A DNA stretch of 64,000 nucleotides from positions 1,178,001 through 1,242,000 of the forward strand of contig NC_079167.1 of the NCBI RefSeq assembly GCF_947568905.1, written 5' to 3'. Every line of letters begins with the position of its first letter. Within the stretch, counting starts at the first letter, position 1. Both the position numbers and the translations under genes were made by a program. The notes under the pieces were generated by a model. It searched no databases and was not told where the DNA came from. It was given only the letters and a program-made list of their open reading frames with translations. The DNA comes from Ostrea edulis (lineage: Eukaryota). This document shows, piece after piece, positions 10,971 through 23,014 of this stretch.

Positions 10971-12514
10971 ACATATGAAAGGTTTATATATTGTTCACTT
11001 TTGTTTATATAATTAATAACAAATGTGTTACTTCCGCCATTAGATTTTTCTCTCTTTGTTTTTCTAAGTGCTAGCGAGCTGCCATCCTACTTATACTATA
11101 TAGTTTCTTGTTTTTTGGTAATTAGCATCTAATTAATTTATATTCGGACGAACAAAGTGAGGGAGAATATAATTATAATTATATGCGGGTGTTTTATAGG
11201 TAGTCGGGTTCGAATATCATTTGTATTGGTCACGTGGTGAAGGCATATAAATAGGCGAACATGTGTTTGTGCGGCATTCTAAGCACGCTCGCTAGCTCTA
11301 CGTACAGGTAAATTTTACAATATTTATATGGCGGATAGTAACCATTTATCAGATGACATTAATCTGTGTATATATTGATGTGTATTAACATGAGTAGTTT
11401 TGTTTGCGATATATTTCTTAAGGACATTACGAGTGATGAATAAAGTGCTAGCGAGCTGCCATCCTACTTATACTATATAGTTTCTTGTTTTTTGGTAATT
11501 AGCATCTAATTAATTTATATTCGGACGAACAAAGTGAAGGAGAATATAACATAAATGCAAAACTTTGTTTTGGGGGATGAATGAGGGTTTCTCCAGATGG
11601 TGATCTTCTACATTTTTTTCTTTCAAGCTTTAGCAGGTGTGAATTTAGTATCAAATCCAAGCAGTACCAACGAGTTTGTGCAAAAGCATAACAATGAATG
11701 TTACTATAGCGCCATATTATGTACTTCAAATTATGTAAAATTTGTTTTTGTTGTTAGATACAGAATTCCTGGCTACTACATAAGATTTTTAAATTGAAGT
11801 GTATGAACTCAGTTCTCTCATAAAGAAGACAAAGAATTTGAGTTACAAACAAATGCAAAATATAATGCCAACACAAATATAGAATACCTCAATGTATATC
11901 ATTTGGCAATATATAAAAACTGTGGGCCGACCCACAAATATAATTTTGGACAAGCGGGACTGTGAGTCGGAGAGGAATAGTAACTGTTGACAATGAAATT
12001 GTTAGTGATCCCCTCTGAAATCTGCAGAATATTCACAGTAAACTAAAGTAAAACAGAAACTTTAAATCAAGCCTACTGGATCAAGCATAAAGTTGGCAGG
12101 TCAACATAAGAATTAAATAATTGACACTGTCAGAGACCATGATACTGAATTATAAAATGCATAAATAGCCTTATCTCCTACACAAGCAATATATACATCT
12201 TATTATACCTGTTGGCATGGTTTTGCATATTCATGAAGCATTATATATGAGGGTGTTTTTTTCACCCACTATCATATGTTTCTTCTTTCCATATGTATGG
12301 AAAATTATCTGAAATTAAAACAATTAATATACATAGTGATACACATGTATATAATTTCGAGAATCTGTAAAATTGTACACTTTAAGTCCAATAAAAGCTT
12401 AAAACACCTCCATCATCGCACAAAAAAGTAATCTTTTAAACTTCAGCTATAGCCTATATAGTCTTATCAAAGTAAAGCACGTCGTGAGATCTATATGTAA
12501 TCAAAAATTGTCCA

Positions 12515-12974
12515 AAAATGAGTGGAGGAAATTCGATCTGAAATTGCCGGTTCGAAATAGGAAAACTGGTGTGTGTCATCTATAAAACTCAGTCTATATC
12601 TTCACCAGCAACCCTATGCAACCCAACAATAGTAGAAAAAACGAAGTGACACGGTTAGATTTAATTTAACACACGTGAAAAATATGCGAGTTGACGAATC
12701 ACCTACTTGCTTGAAAACAAAGGGATAAGACTATATCAAACAAGCGTGTCACATGGAAAACCAAGTATTATACATTTCCTAAGGTCTGTCTCTGGCAATT
12801 AATGACATAAAATCGAAAGTGACACAGCTAATTAAGCCATGATACGCTCATTTACGTACATTCCCATTACTTACCATTGAGTCCGCCATATTGGATTTTG
12901 ATCAGTGGAAGAATCCATTCGACAGTGAGTGCCTGGCCTTCGTGCTTGCACATCGGAAGGCCTCGGGAACCAGG
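12515..12974 (-). repeat. Right arm of the 460-bp inverted repeat
   Basis: Reverse complement of 6293-6752. Confidence 0.95.
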
Positions 12975-13160
12975 CTACACAGGGATGCAGGACTTTTCGG
13001 CACCAAGACGTTTCGGCACCTTATTATTACGACGTTTCGGCACCAAAATCTTTTTAAAATATGCTAAAAGGCGAAATGAGTTTACAACTCCAAATAAACA
13101 GACCTGTCTACTGTGTTAGCTATGAGTTTAATCACACTAATAGACAGTTTTAAAATTATT

Positions 13161-13292
13161 NNNNNNNNNNNNNNNNNNNNNNNNNNNNNNNNNNNNNNNN
13201 NNNNNNNNNNNNNNNNNNNNNNNNNNNNNNNNNNNNNNNNNNNNNNNNNNNNNNNNNNNNNNNNNNNNNNNNNNNNNNNNNNNNNNNNNNNN
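13161..13292. other. Assembly gap (132 N)
   Basis: Run of N. Confidence 1.
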
Positions 13293-14491
13293 ATCCAGTA
13301 CCGCTTTCCAGGATATACAAGATATACCATCCAAGGATGTGTATTTCACTGGACGCAGGCTGTGTACCGAAAGGTCCAGGAATTTGGTTTGCAGGTAAAT
13401 CCTCCCATTCTTAATTGTCAAATTTTATAAATTTTCACTTGTAACTATTAAAATCATTGAAGTTAATGTCATAAGTACTCACTAATGTATCTTTGTCAAA
13501 TTGATATGTATTCCAGAGGGTATACAATGAACGAGGAGATTTCTTCACCTTTATAAGACAAGTGTTGGCACTACCCTTCCTTCCTTGAATGTATATAGTG
13601 CCGACTTTAAATAAAATTTACTTTACTTCCTCCGAAGCAGATTGAGGAAACTTTCCATCATCTGGACAGCTAGAGGGTCAGCAATGACTAACTGGACTTA
13701 AAACAATGGTATGTTGAAGACGTAATTACTGAAAAACTGTGCCGTTGAATGAAAAACAATTTTCACAGGGTAGTATATACATTGTCAAGATACGTCGGTA
13801 AAATTTTCAGGTGGGGTTTCCGAGTGAGAGAAAAAAAAAAGGTCTGTAAACCCGTGACTTACGTTAATGGATTATGTTTGGCGGCAATTGATGCGTAACC
13901 ACATCTTCCCATTAAAGTAAAGCAAATTTTATTTAAAGTTGGCACTATATACATTCAACATGTCAAACACAAGCTCTGTAGAGCTTTTTAACCGACTATC
14001 ACATTCAAGTATATCAAGGACAAAGACACATAGCATGCATGTACACATATACACAGACATATCACAGATAAACAAAAGAATACAAAATAAAAGAAAACTT
14101 TCATGCAAGAATATACAAGAATATACAGATACGAAAGCATAAGACTACGAGGAAGAAATAAAATAAAATAAATTCCCATTCGGAATTGGTCCATTTTTAT
14201 GCTGTCAGTGCGCACCAATATATGATTTGGAATGATGGCACAACAGGCTAAACAACAGAGTAAACTGTGTCGGGAAAGTGCAGTTTTATCTGCTGTTAAT
14301 TGAGTTGTACCAGGGAGCACAGGACATTCCATTGGTTGCACGGCTTCTTTCAGGGGGGAAAGATGAAGAGGATTCATAGAAAGCGCACAGACTTAACGGG
14401 AAGTTATTCCATACATGGGAGAACTACAACAATGGTGAGCTGTTTACAACCCAACTTCTCCGAGCTTGCTCTGCCTTGTATGGACCATCAA
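13293..14491 (+). pseudogene. MULE (Mutator-like) transposase remnant, multi-exon
   Basis: FPG..TIQGCVFHWTQAVYRKVQEFGLQ|GT donor at 13395; AG acceptor before 13517 RVYNERGDFFTFIRQVLALPFLP; about 14185-14490 WSIFMLSVRTN...WHNRLNNR...FYLLLIELY. Stops and frameshifts. Confidence 0.8.
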
Positions 14492-16908
14492 GGCACCGTG
14501 TAATTCATGGACTGGAGTTATGGAGTGGAGTTATGGAGTGGAGTTTGGAGTCAAATTTTGGAATCTGTTTTTTCTCTTTTCTTTAGTTTAATTTTTGCTT
14601 TCAAGCAAAAAATTAAATTAATTTCTTTTGTAGTTTTGTTTGTTAATAGAAGTAGTGTTCAATGGAATCTAATTTTGTATTGCATGTGCTAATATCATTT
14701 ACCCCTCTGTGGCCCCAGATGATTTGGATTTTAGAGAACCAAGTTATTCCGACATTAGGTCACATAGACCAAAATTAAATGGTCATTGTTCACAGTTTAA
14801 TCAGCATCTCTGAAACTGGGTGTAAAGTATTCTGACCTTTCACTTAATTGGAAAACAATTCTATGAGCTAATGTAATCTAACAGAGCTTTCATTTTCAAT
14901 TAGTATGTTACCTAAAACAGTGACAGTTTATTCTATGTTTTAATCAAATTTAACTGTTACATAAATAATGACCACCATTGCTTTCAACACATAATTGGAA
15001 GGTGATAAAACCCCTAAACTAAATTTTATCTTTCTGTCACATCTTTGTTATGTCTGCTAAAACTTTTATAGGTTTTTTGACCACACAGCTGTACAATGTA
15101 GGTTAATAAAATGTTACAAGGTTGTTTGATTTTTGCAAATTCGTTCAAATAGCTACTTCCATGGTTTATATGCATTTCCATATAATCCATATTGAGGAAG
15201 ATTATTCAATGATTTTTCTCTCGTTTACTTTAAATATGCAACTATCAACTTGGTTTCTTAACATGGCACTTTAAAAAGATTATCAATTCACATATACATT
15301 TACTTAAATAATATACTTTGCTATGCATTCAATATATTGGTGACTCATGTTGTTCTGCGGAAAACTAAGTTAACCCAACACTAGGTCACATAGATCAAAA
15401 TTAAACGGTCATTGTTCACAGTTTACTCAGGGTGTAAGGATTCTGGGCTTTCACTTAGAAAATTATCTATGAGTTAATGTAATCTAATAGAGCTTTCATT
15501 GTCAATTAGTGTACTATCTAAAACTGTGACAGTTTATTCAATGTTTAATAAAGATAAACTGTTTCAAAAACAATAAATACTTTGCTTTAATTGACTGGAG
15601 GTGTGATATGACCCGTGGCTGATTTTGTTGTTCTCAGGCAGCATTTTAATGAAGATATTTTACATTGCATCTGTCTGTTAGAATTATTAGGTTAGCACAA
15701 GGGAGAGAATGCTTACAGAATAGGAATGCAAGAGTGCAAGTTTTTGAGGGAGGGAGTGGACTATCACTACTATGTAGTGGTATAAGTGTATAACTTATTT
15801 TAAATATATTTTTGATAAGTTCAGATAACCTAATGAAAAAGATCTTTCTATTTGTTTTTATTATTTTCTATAAAGATAGGACTTTTTCTGTTAATTACAC
15901 AATTTAAATCAATCGTGTTTCAAAGATATAAAAAATCTAAAACAATAACCGATTTATTTATACCGACTCCACAAAAATAATATATTTGAATAACTCCGCC
16001 TTAATTTGATCCCACGACACTATATCTAGGCAATCAACAATAATGGCGAACAATGAAAACGAGGGGTAGACCAGCGAACACAAGCAGTTTAACAGATTTA
16101 GAGAGAAAAGCGAGGAAGAGATAGGGAGATATGGAGAGAAGTAAAGAGAAAATTATGCTATATTAACAATATTATGTACATTCTTCCATCATGGCTTTAA
16201 TTCTGTATTTTCCCGCAGTCATGCGCCTGGCGGATCTTATTAAGATTCAACAGAAAAGTTGAATGTCAATTTAACTATAGAAACAAGAGGTTCACCGAGT
16301 TCAAAATCGATGATAATTTTAATTTTAGCGTACATAACATATACCATGTATATCTACGCTCAATTTCATATCATTTTTTAAGCTCAGATACGCCATATAT
16401 AGTTTAAAAATTAATTAATTAATATTCTTAAAATTTTATGAAAAACGGTAGGTGTAACACCGAAAAATTGATTTCTTTGCTATAAACTCTGAACCTAATA
16501 GCTCTTGAGAGGCTTGTTAACACATCTAATGAAACTGCATTTAAACAACCAGTAAGGCAGACTAAATCTGTTGATTAATTATGTTCAAAATATTTCCAAA
16601 TATTTTGAAAGAACCGTAGTTATTTCGTCAGTATCATGTCTATCTATTCACTTCTGGTTTAATTTTCCCAAGTTCTGACTAAGTGTCAGAAACATAAATT
16701 TTAACTGGGTCATTGTTCCTGTGAATTACTAATCAGATGTGAAGCAGCCAACAATCATACAAAAATATTGAAGACTTTCAAACTAATGCAAATTCTTGAA
16801 CGTCTTTTTCCATTCATATTTTTTAAAAATCTCAGACTCCAAAATTTGACTCCAAACTACACTCCATAACTCCACTCCATAACTCCAGTCCATGAATTAC
16901 ACGGTGCC
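14492..16908. mobile_element. Non-autonomous MULE-like element, ~76-bp TIRs, 10-bp TSD
   Basis: GGCACCGTGTAATTCATGGACTGGAGTTATGGAGTGG... mirrored at 16834-16908; GGACCATCAA at 14482-14491 and 16909-16918. Confidence 0.85.
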
Positions 16909-16944
16909 GGACCATCAACGGAGTGAAAAAGACCACAACTGCCC

Positions 16945-16947
<3 letters not shown>

Positions 16948-16974
<27 letters not shown>
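16948..16974. repeat. (TG)n microsatellite
   Basis: Uninterrupted TG run. Confidence 0.95.
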
Positions 16975-16978
<4 letters not shown>

Positions 16979-17685
16979 GTACAGTACTCATTAATTGCTA
17001 ATTTTTCCTCATCAACAATTGTGTTGTGCTAATACTGTATAGTGTTTTATATATGAAATTTTGTATTAATTCTTTTTAGTGCTTGTTCTTAATTTATGAA
17101 AGATATTTTAAAATACTTATGGTAGAAGACTGCCAGTCTGATCGACTGGGCACAAAGCACTGTCCCTTGGTACCTAGTTCTGCATTCAGGACAGCATTTT
17201 ATACTGTTTCACTTTTACTTCCCACATTGCATCCTTGTTGTGCTGTGCATTTTCATTCTATGTTATGAGCCAATTTCAGATCAATGTTAATATAGAAATC
17301 CTTTACATATGTACATGTATGTGTGTATACAATCATGTATGTGTATAAATGTATGTGTATATATGTGTTTATGTATACATGTATATGTACAGTGTGTGTA
17401 TCTATAAGTATATGGTATCATGTGTTTATAATGAATATAATAAAATTGTGTATGCTCACTGAGGGTCCTTAACTGGTGAATAAATAAATAAATGCATCTC
17501 CTTTTAAATGCTTTTAACATTTACTTGTCTGTCCATACTTTTGTATCCACAAATAATGTTTACAATTGTACCCTGAAATCCCTTGTAACACCCCATCCCC
17601 TTCACTGTTTTTTTTTTGTTTTTTTTTTTATATACAAGTTTATGAATTCTGTGCAAAATGTGGATTGAAATGTCCCAAGTCAAGA

Positions 17686-17795
17686 CCAATCAACGCTGCA
17701 TACCAGCGGCTAATCGCAGAGTGTCTTTCCGAACCGCTTAACCAATGACAAGTGTCGTAAGATATGAGAGCGCCGATTTCGATTTGCTTATAAAC
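17686..17795 (+). promoter_or_regulatory. H3 promoter: two CCAAT boxes and TATA
   Basis: CCAAT 17686 and 17742, TATAAA 17789; preserved in all four H3 copies. Confidence 0.7.
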
Positions 17796-17835
17796 TGCAG
17801 TGTTTCCGATCGGGCACTTTATTCTATCCGAATAA

Positions 17836-18255
<420 letters not shown>

Positions 18256-18282
18256 TTTCACTCGTGTGACACTCAAACAAAC

Positions 18283-18321
18283 GGCCGTTTTCACGGCCAC
18301 CTAATTCTTTCGAAAAGATGC
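18283..18321 (+). other. H3 3' stem-loop and histone downstream element
   Basis: GGCCGT-TTTC-ACGGCC 18283-18298, GAAAAGATGC 18312-18321; other copies at 35485, 48267 and 57809(-). Confidence 0.92.
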
Positions 18322-18954
18322 CTTCATATTGCTCTTGATCAAGAAACTTGTCGTGAATAAAGTATGACTGAATGACATGCATAACCCTACATCCACAAAC
18401 TACTTGACCCAAGTCTGGTAAATTTCTGTAAAATAAAAGTTATAACGCAACTTCAGTAATGAAACTAAATGCTGCGAATGAGAACACGTACAGCTATACT
18501 GTCAAAACAGTAGTATACATTGCAGAGCATCAATTGTATAGATGACAACAAATGCACATTGAAAATCCTTGTCAGCAGGAAAGTACACAACAAACCTAGA
18601 GAATAGCTGTATAGAACGTACTAAGAACGCATACATAGAGAAATCTGTACTCTGTAGTACACACTAAAACAACCTACCTTAATTCTAGAAGGGTCAGATA
18701 CTACGGTATTTCATTCAACCAACACGGGGCTTTTGAGGGCATGTAAAGCATGCATTAATAAGAGAATGGGGTTCAAATAATAGCTAGCATCAATAGCGCA
18801 CGGAGAAATTCTATAACAACAACAAAATATATCAATAAAAACCCAGATGTAGAAATATGTAGACGTTAGGGGGGTCATGATTATTCTGAGAGGTCAATGA
18901 AATCTTCACTTCGTATTACATTCTTGCGTATATAATCACAGAACATCGTATATT

Positions 18955-19138
18955 TCATTATGTTAATTCAAATCTTGTCTGAAATCAGTATTACACGTGC
19001 AACACCGTGTTAAATGTGTGCAGTGCAGAAATGTGAACTCTGACATTAATGATTGTTATTTATTTATATTGTTGTAATTAATTACTAGTTAATCTGTACA
19101 CCCCCACCCCCTTGAGGGCCCTTAATTGATGAATTAAC
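18955..19138 (+). mobile_element. Old LINE 3'-end relic fixed in the H3-H4 spacer of all units
   Basis: Shares motifs (AATCTTGTCTG.AATCAGTATT, GTGAACTCTG, GATTGTTATTTATTT, GAGGGCCCTT) with the 3' end of the 25535-30736 LINE; also at about 36120, 48930 and 56985. Confidence 0.65.
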
Positions 19139-19598
19139 ATGTCATAACATTTTATATCAGGAGACCATACATACAGTCTAACAAAGGGCTTGAATTTCTT
19201 TTTCAACTTGCACAGATATAATATTTCTTATTTTCAACATGTTGAGTAGAAATTTGCTTAGCTTGGTTAATAATGGATTATCTTTATTATCTACCTTTTC
19301 TCTCCCTTTTTTTTGTTGTTGTTGTCTTTTGGATATACTATAGTAGACTTTCACAGTTGTGAGCCATGTTTTCATATTAATTACCCTAATAAAAACAAAT
19401 GCTATTGTTGTGTGTTGATCAAAAGGAAAACAAAACGATGATTTAAAAAAAAAAAACAGAACAGAAACTAAGCTAGGAAATCTCAAATGTGTGTGCAGAT
19501 AAAATATTATATTCCTATCAAAATAAATAAATACTTGTATACTAGGATACTATGCAAGAGAAATGTAAACAAACACAGGTAGGCGCGTTTAGCGAGAA

Positions 19599-19703
19599 CC
19601 AATCAAGATGTAGTTAACAGCGCTTCTTCGGACACGACAATCGACTAGCCGAAGTTTCAAGGTATTATGCGCTCTAACGGGTCGTCAATTAGGGCTATAT
19701 AAA
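19599..19703 (+). promoter_or_regulatory. H4 promoter: CCAAT and TATA
   Basis: CCAAT 19599, TATATAAA 19696. Confidence 0.65.
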
Positions 19704-19750
19704 CCAGCAATTTTCTCAATTTGTCAGGTCATTCAGTACTTGTCTATTGA

Positions 19751-20071
<321 letters not shown>

Positions 20072-20114
20072 ATACTCTTATCACCGTTTGTGCATCCCAG
20101 CGCAAAAACAAAAC

Positions 20115-20150
20115 GGCCGTTATAACGGCCACCAAATTCTTTGAAAAGAC
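20115..20150 (+). other. H4 3' stem-loop (palindromic, TATA loop) and HDE
   Basis: GGCCGT-TATA-ACGGCC 20115-20130, GAAAAGAC 20143-20150; same at 37270, 50070 and 55988(-). Confidence 0.9.
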
Positions 20151-21863
20151 GCCTCTATGAAACGTTATCAAGAGAAACGGTTACCCTGTATTGTACTTTT
20201 AGTCAACAAATTGGCATACAACTTGTTAAGAAAAGGTATGCACTTTGTGGTTAACATGTTTCATTTGCAGTTAAGAGATTTCAATTTGATACTTGGATTT
20301 CTTTTCATATCAAGTAAATAGTCAGACTACACCACAACTTTGTAGGTTTATGTTAACAAACAATCAATTGATATCCAAGATCATTATTGAGCAGAAAGGC
20401 TGACCATGCAAATCCTATACTCCCAATAAATTTACATTGTGAGCATTGTAATATATATCTCGCACACATTTATCTAGATGGATTCTTTATTTTATCACAC
20501 AATAACATAAATGATTTGGACACTTTACACACGTGAAGGAGACAAAACGAAGACTTAAAAAGCAGCTGATAATTGTGATAACCCCTGTATTACAAAATAT
20601 CCCATGTCACGGTATACAAAGTACTATAGATATTTTAAAATGCATACCATGTAGGCACATGTTAAATTAAATTGATTATAGATATATGTTATTGCTTCTT
20701 GTCGTCACAAATGTCCTGTTTTTCTTTTTTCTTCTTTTTTTATACAAACTCTTTTATTGCTAGGAATGCTGAAATAGCCAACTCAAGACTTTCTATTTGG
20801 CAGATTCCTCTGTGGAAGGCAAAGTAAATGTAATATATGCTATCATCTTAATTAACATGGGTATCTAGTTTACCATTTGGTGACAGTTGACTTTCGTAAC
20901 ATATGCATTTACTAATTCTGTACATTGTAACTGGAAAGTAATTGCAAACCGTGAGATACTGATGCGTGGCACACCTACACAATATAAACCAATACACAAT
21001 ATGCAGTCGCATGAAAGATATTGTACAAACTTTTTTTCCAAGATTGGATTCATAAAGAGACTATCATTATCAATTCACCTATTAAGGGCCTGTTGGGGGG
21101 ACATGTGCATTTTTTAAATATAATCTTACACATGCGATTCAACATTTCATATGATAATATTGTGTGTATCTGTTTATTCTACATGTTTCTGTTTTCTATC
21201 CTTTAAATAGCACCGACTCTTGCTGCCTCTTGTTGATGTATCAGGCATATTATATATTGCACTAGGGAAAACACACATGTATCAACTGAGTACTGATCAA
21301 TGCCTACATGCGAAACTTAAAATGCCTCCAATGAGTGTATTACTCTTTACTGTGTATTGTCTTTACTTGTATGAACAATTATATACTTTTAATTACATGT
21401 TTATGCTCATTTGGGCCCTGAGTTGGTAATAAATACTATTCTATACTATTAGCTGTCATTTGGGTGTTGGGTGCTGCAAAACTGTGATTTACTATTTCAA
21501 TGACAGAAAATAAGACTTAGAAACTTTTTTTTGTTAATATCAATATTTCTCTATAATGCTATATATTCAACAGAGCCAAAATGTGTATTTTGATAACATC
21601 TTCATCTTAGTTTCAATTTGATCAATGACTGGTTAAAGTTACAAACAAAGCTATCACAATAAGTGATGAAATGTATGCAGTTGAAAATGAACACAATGAG
21701 ATATACATTTGTTTGTTTGTGTATTCTGAATGGCTGGTCTTGAATTCCATTTCAATATAGTACAGTGTGTAGTTTCAACACACATAGTACACTTGTGTGT
21801 ATGCATATTTTGTAGATATGCAATGTCAACCAATAAACGTTTCTCAATGCATTGTTATAAAAG

Positions 21864-21902
21864 GCATCTTTTCGAAAAAATTGTGTGGCCCTGAAAAGGG
21901 CC
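21864..21902 (-). other. H2B 3' stem-loop and HDE
   Basis: Minus strand GGCCCT-TTTC-AGGGCC (21887-21902) then GAAAAGATGC; also at 39595(-), 51988(-) and 53491(+). Confidence 0.95.
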
Positions 21903-21934
21903 GTTTGAGTTTGAGGTTCAAGTCCTTGCTGAGT

Positions 21935-22306
21935 TTACTTGCTGCTGGTGTACTTGGTGACAGCCTTGGTACCCTCAGAGACGGCGTGTTTGGCCAATTC
22001 ACCGGGCAAGAGAAGTCGGACAGCGGTCTGGATTTCTCTGCTGGTGATGGTTGAGCGTTTGTTGTAGTGGGCCAGGCGGGAAGCTTCAGCGGCGATTCTC
22101 TCGAAAATGTCATTGACAAACGAGTTCATGATGCTCATAGCTTTGCTGGAAACGCCAGTGTCTGGGTGGACCTGCTTCAGGACTTTGTAAATGTAGATGG
22201 CATAGGATTCCCTCCTCTTCCTGCGCCTCTTCTTGTCCCCAGTTCTCTGGGTCTTCGCCTTAGTGGCGGCTTTCTTAGCTCCTTTCGATCCGACTTTAGG
22301 CGGCAT
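21935..22306 (-). CDS. H2B: Histone H2B
   Basis: [12 protein letters not shown]...KRKESY-like [22 protein letters not shown]...KYTSSK, 123 aa. Confidence 0.99.
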   Translation of the reverse strand: MPPKVGSKGAKKAATKAKTQRTGDKKRRRKRRESYAIYIYKVLKQVHPDTGVSSKAMSIMNSFVNDIFERIAAEASRLAHYNKRSTITSREIQTAVRLLLPGELAKHAVSEGTKAVTKYTSSK

Positions 22307-22939
<633 letters not shown>

Positions 22940-22975
22940 AAAGTACAAAGTCTGCTTGCAGGACTTGTAACAAAC

Positions 22976-23014
22976 GGCCGTTTTCACGGCCACCAACCTT
23001 TTTTGAAAAGACAC
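22976..23014 (+). other. H2A 3' stem-loop and HDE
   Basis: GGCCGT-TTTC-ACGGCC 22976-22991, GAAAAGACAC from 23005; also at 40685 and 53077. Confidence 0.92.

Larger units (their letters stand above)
8986..11549 (+). mobile_element. Ngaro-type (DIRS order) tyrosine-recombinase retroelement, internally deleted
   Basis: Split direct repeats A1 8986-9132, B1 11066-11172, A2 11171-11317, B2 11443-11549; ORF1 and YR remnants lie between A1 and B1; no RT/RNaseH. Confidence 0.85.

Noticed and set aside
12990-13046. Three copies of (ACG)TTTCGGCACC
   Set aside because: Probably subterminal repeats of an element lost in the N gap; too little sequence to call.
17287-17520. His/Tyr/Thr/Ile-rich ORFs in the H1-H3 spacer
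   Set aside because: Translation of (TATG/TGTA)n low-complexity DNA.
19626-19654. CTTCGG...CCGAAG inverted pair upstream of H4
   Set aside because: Only 6 bp; chance level.
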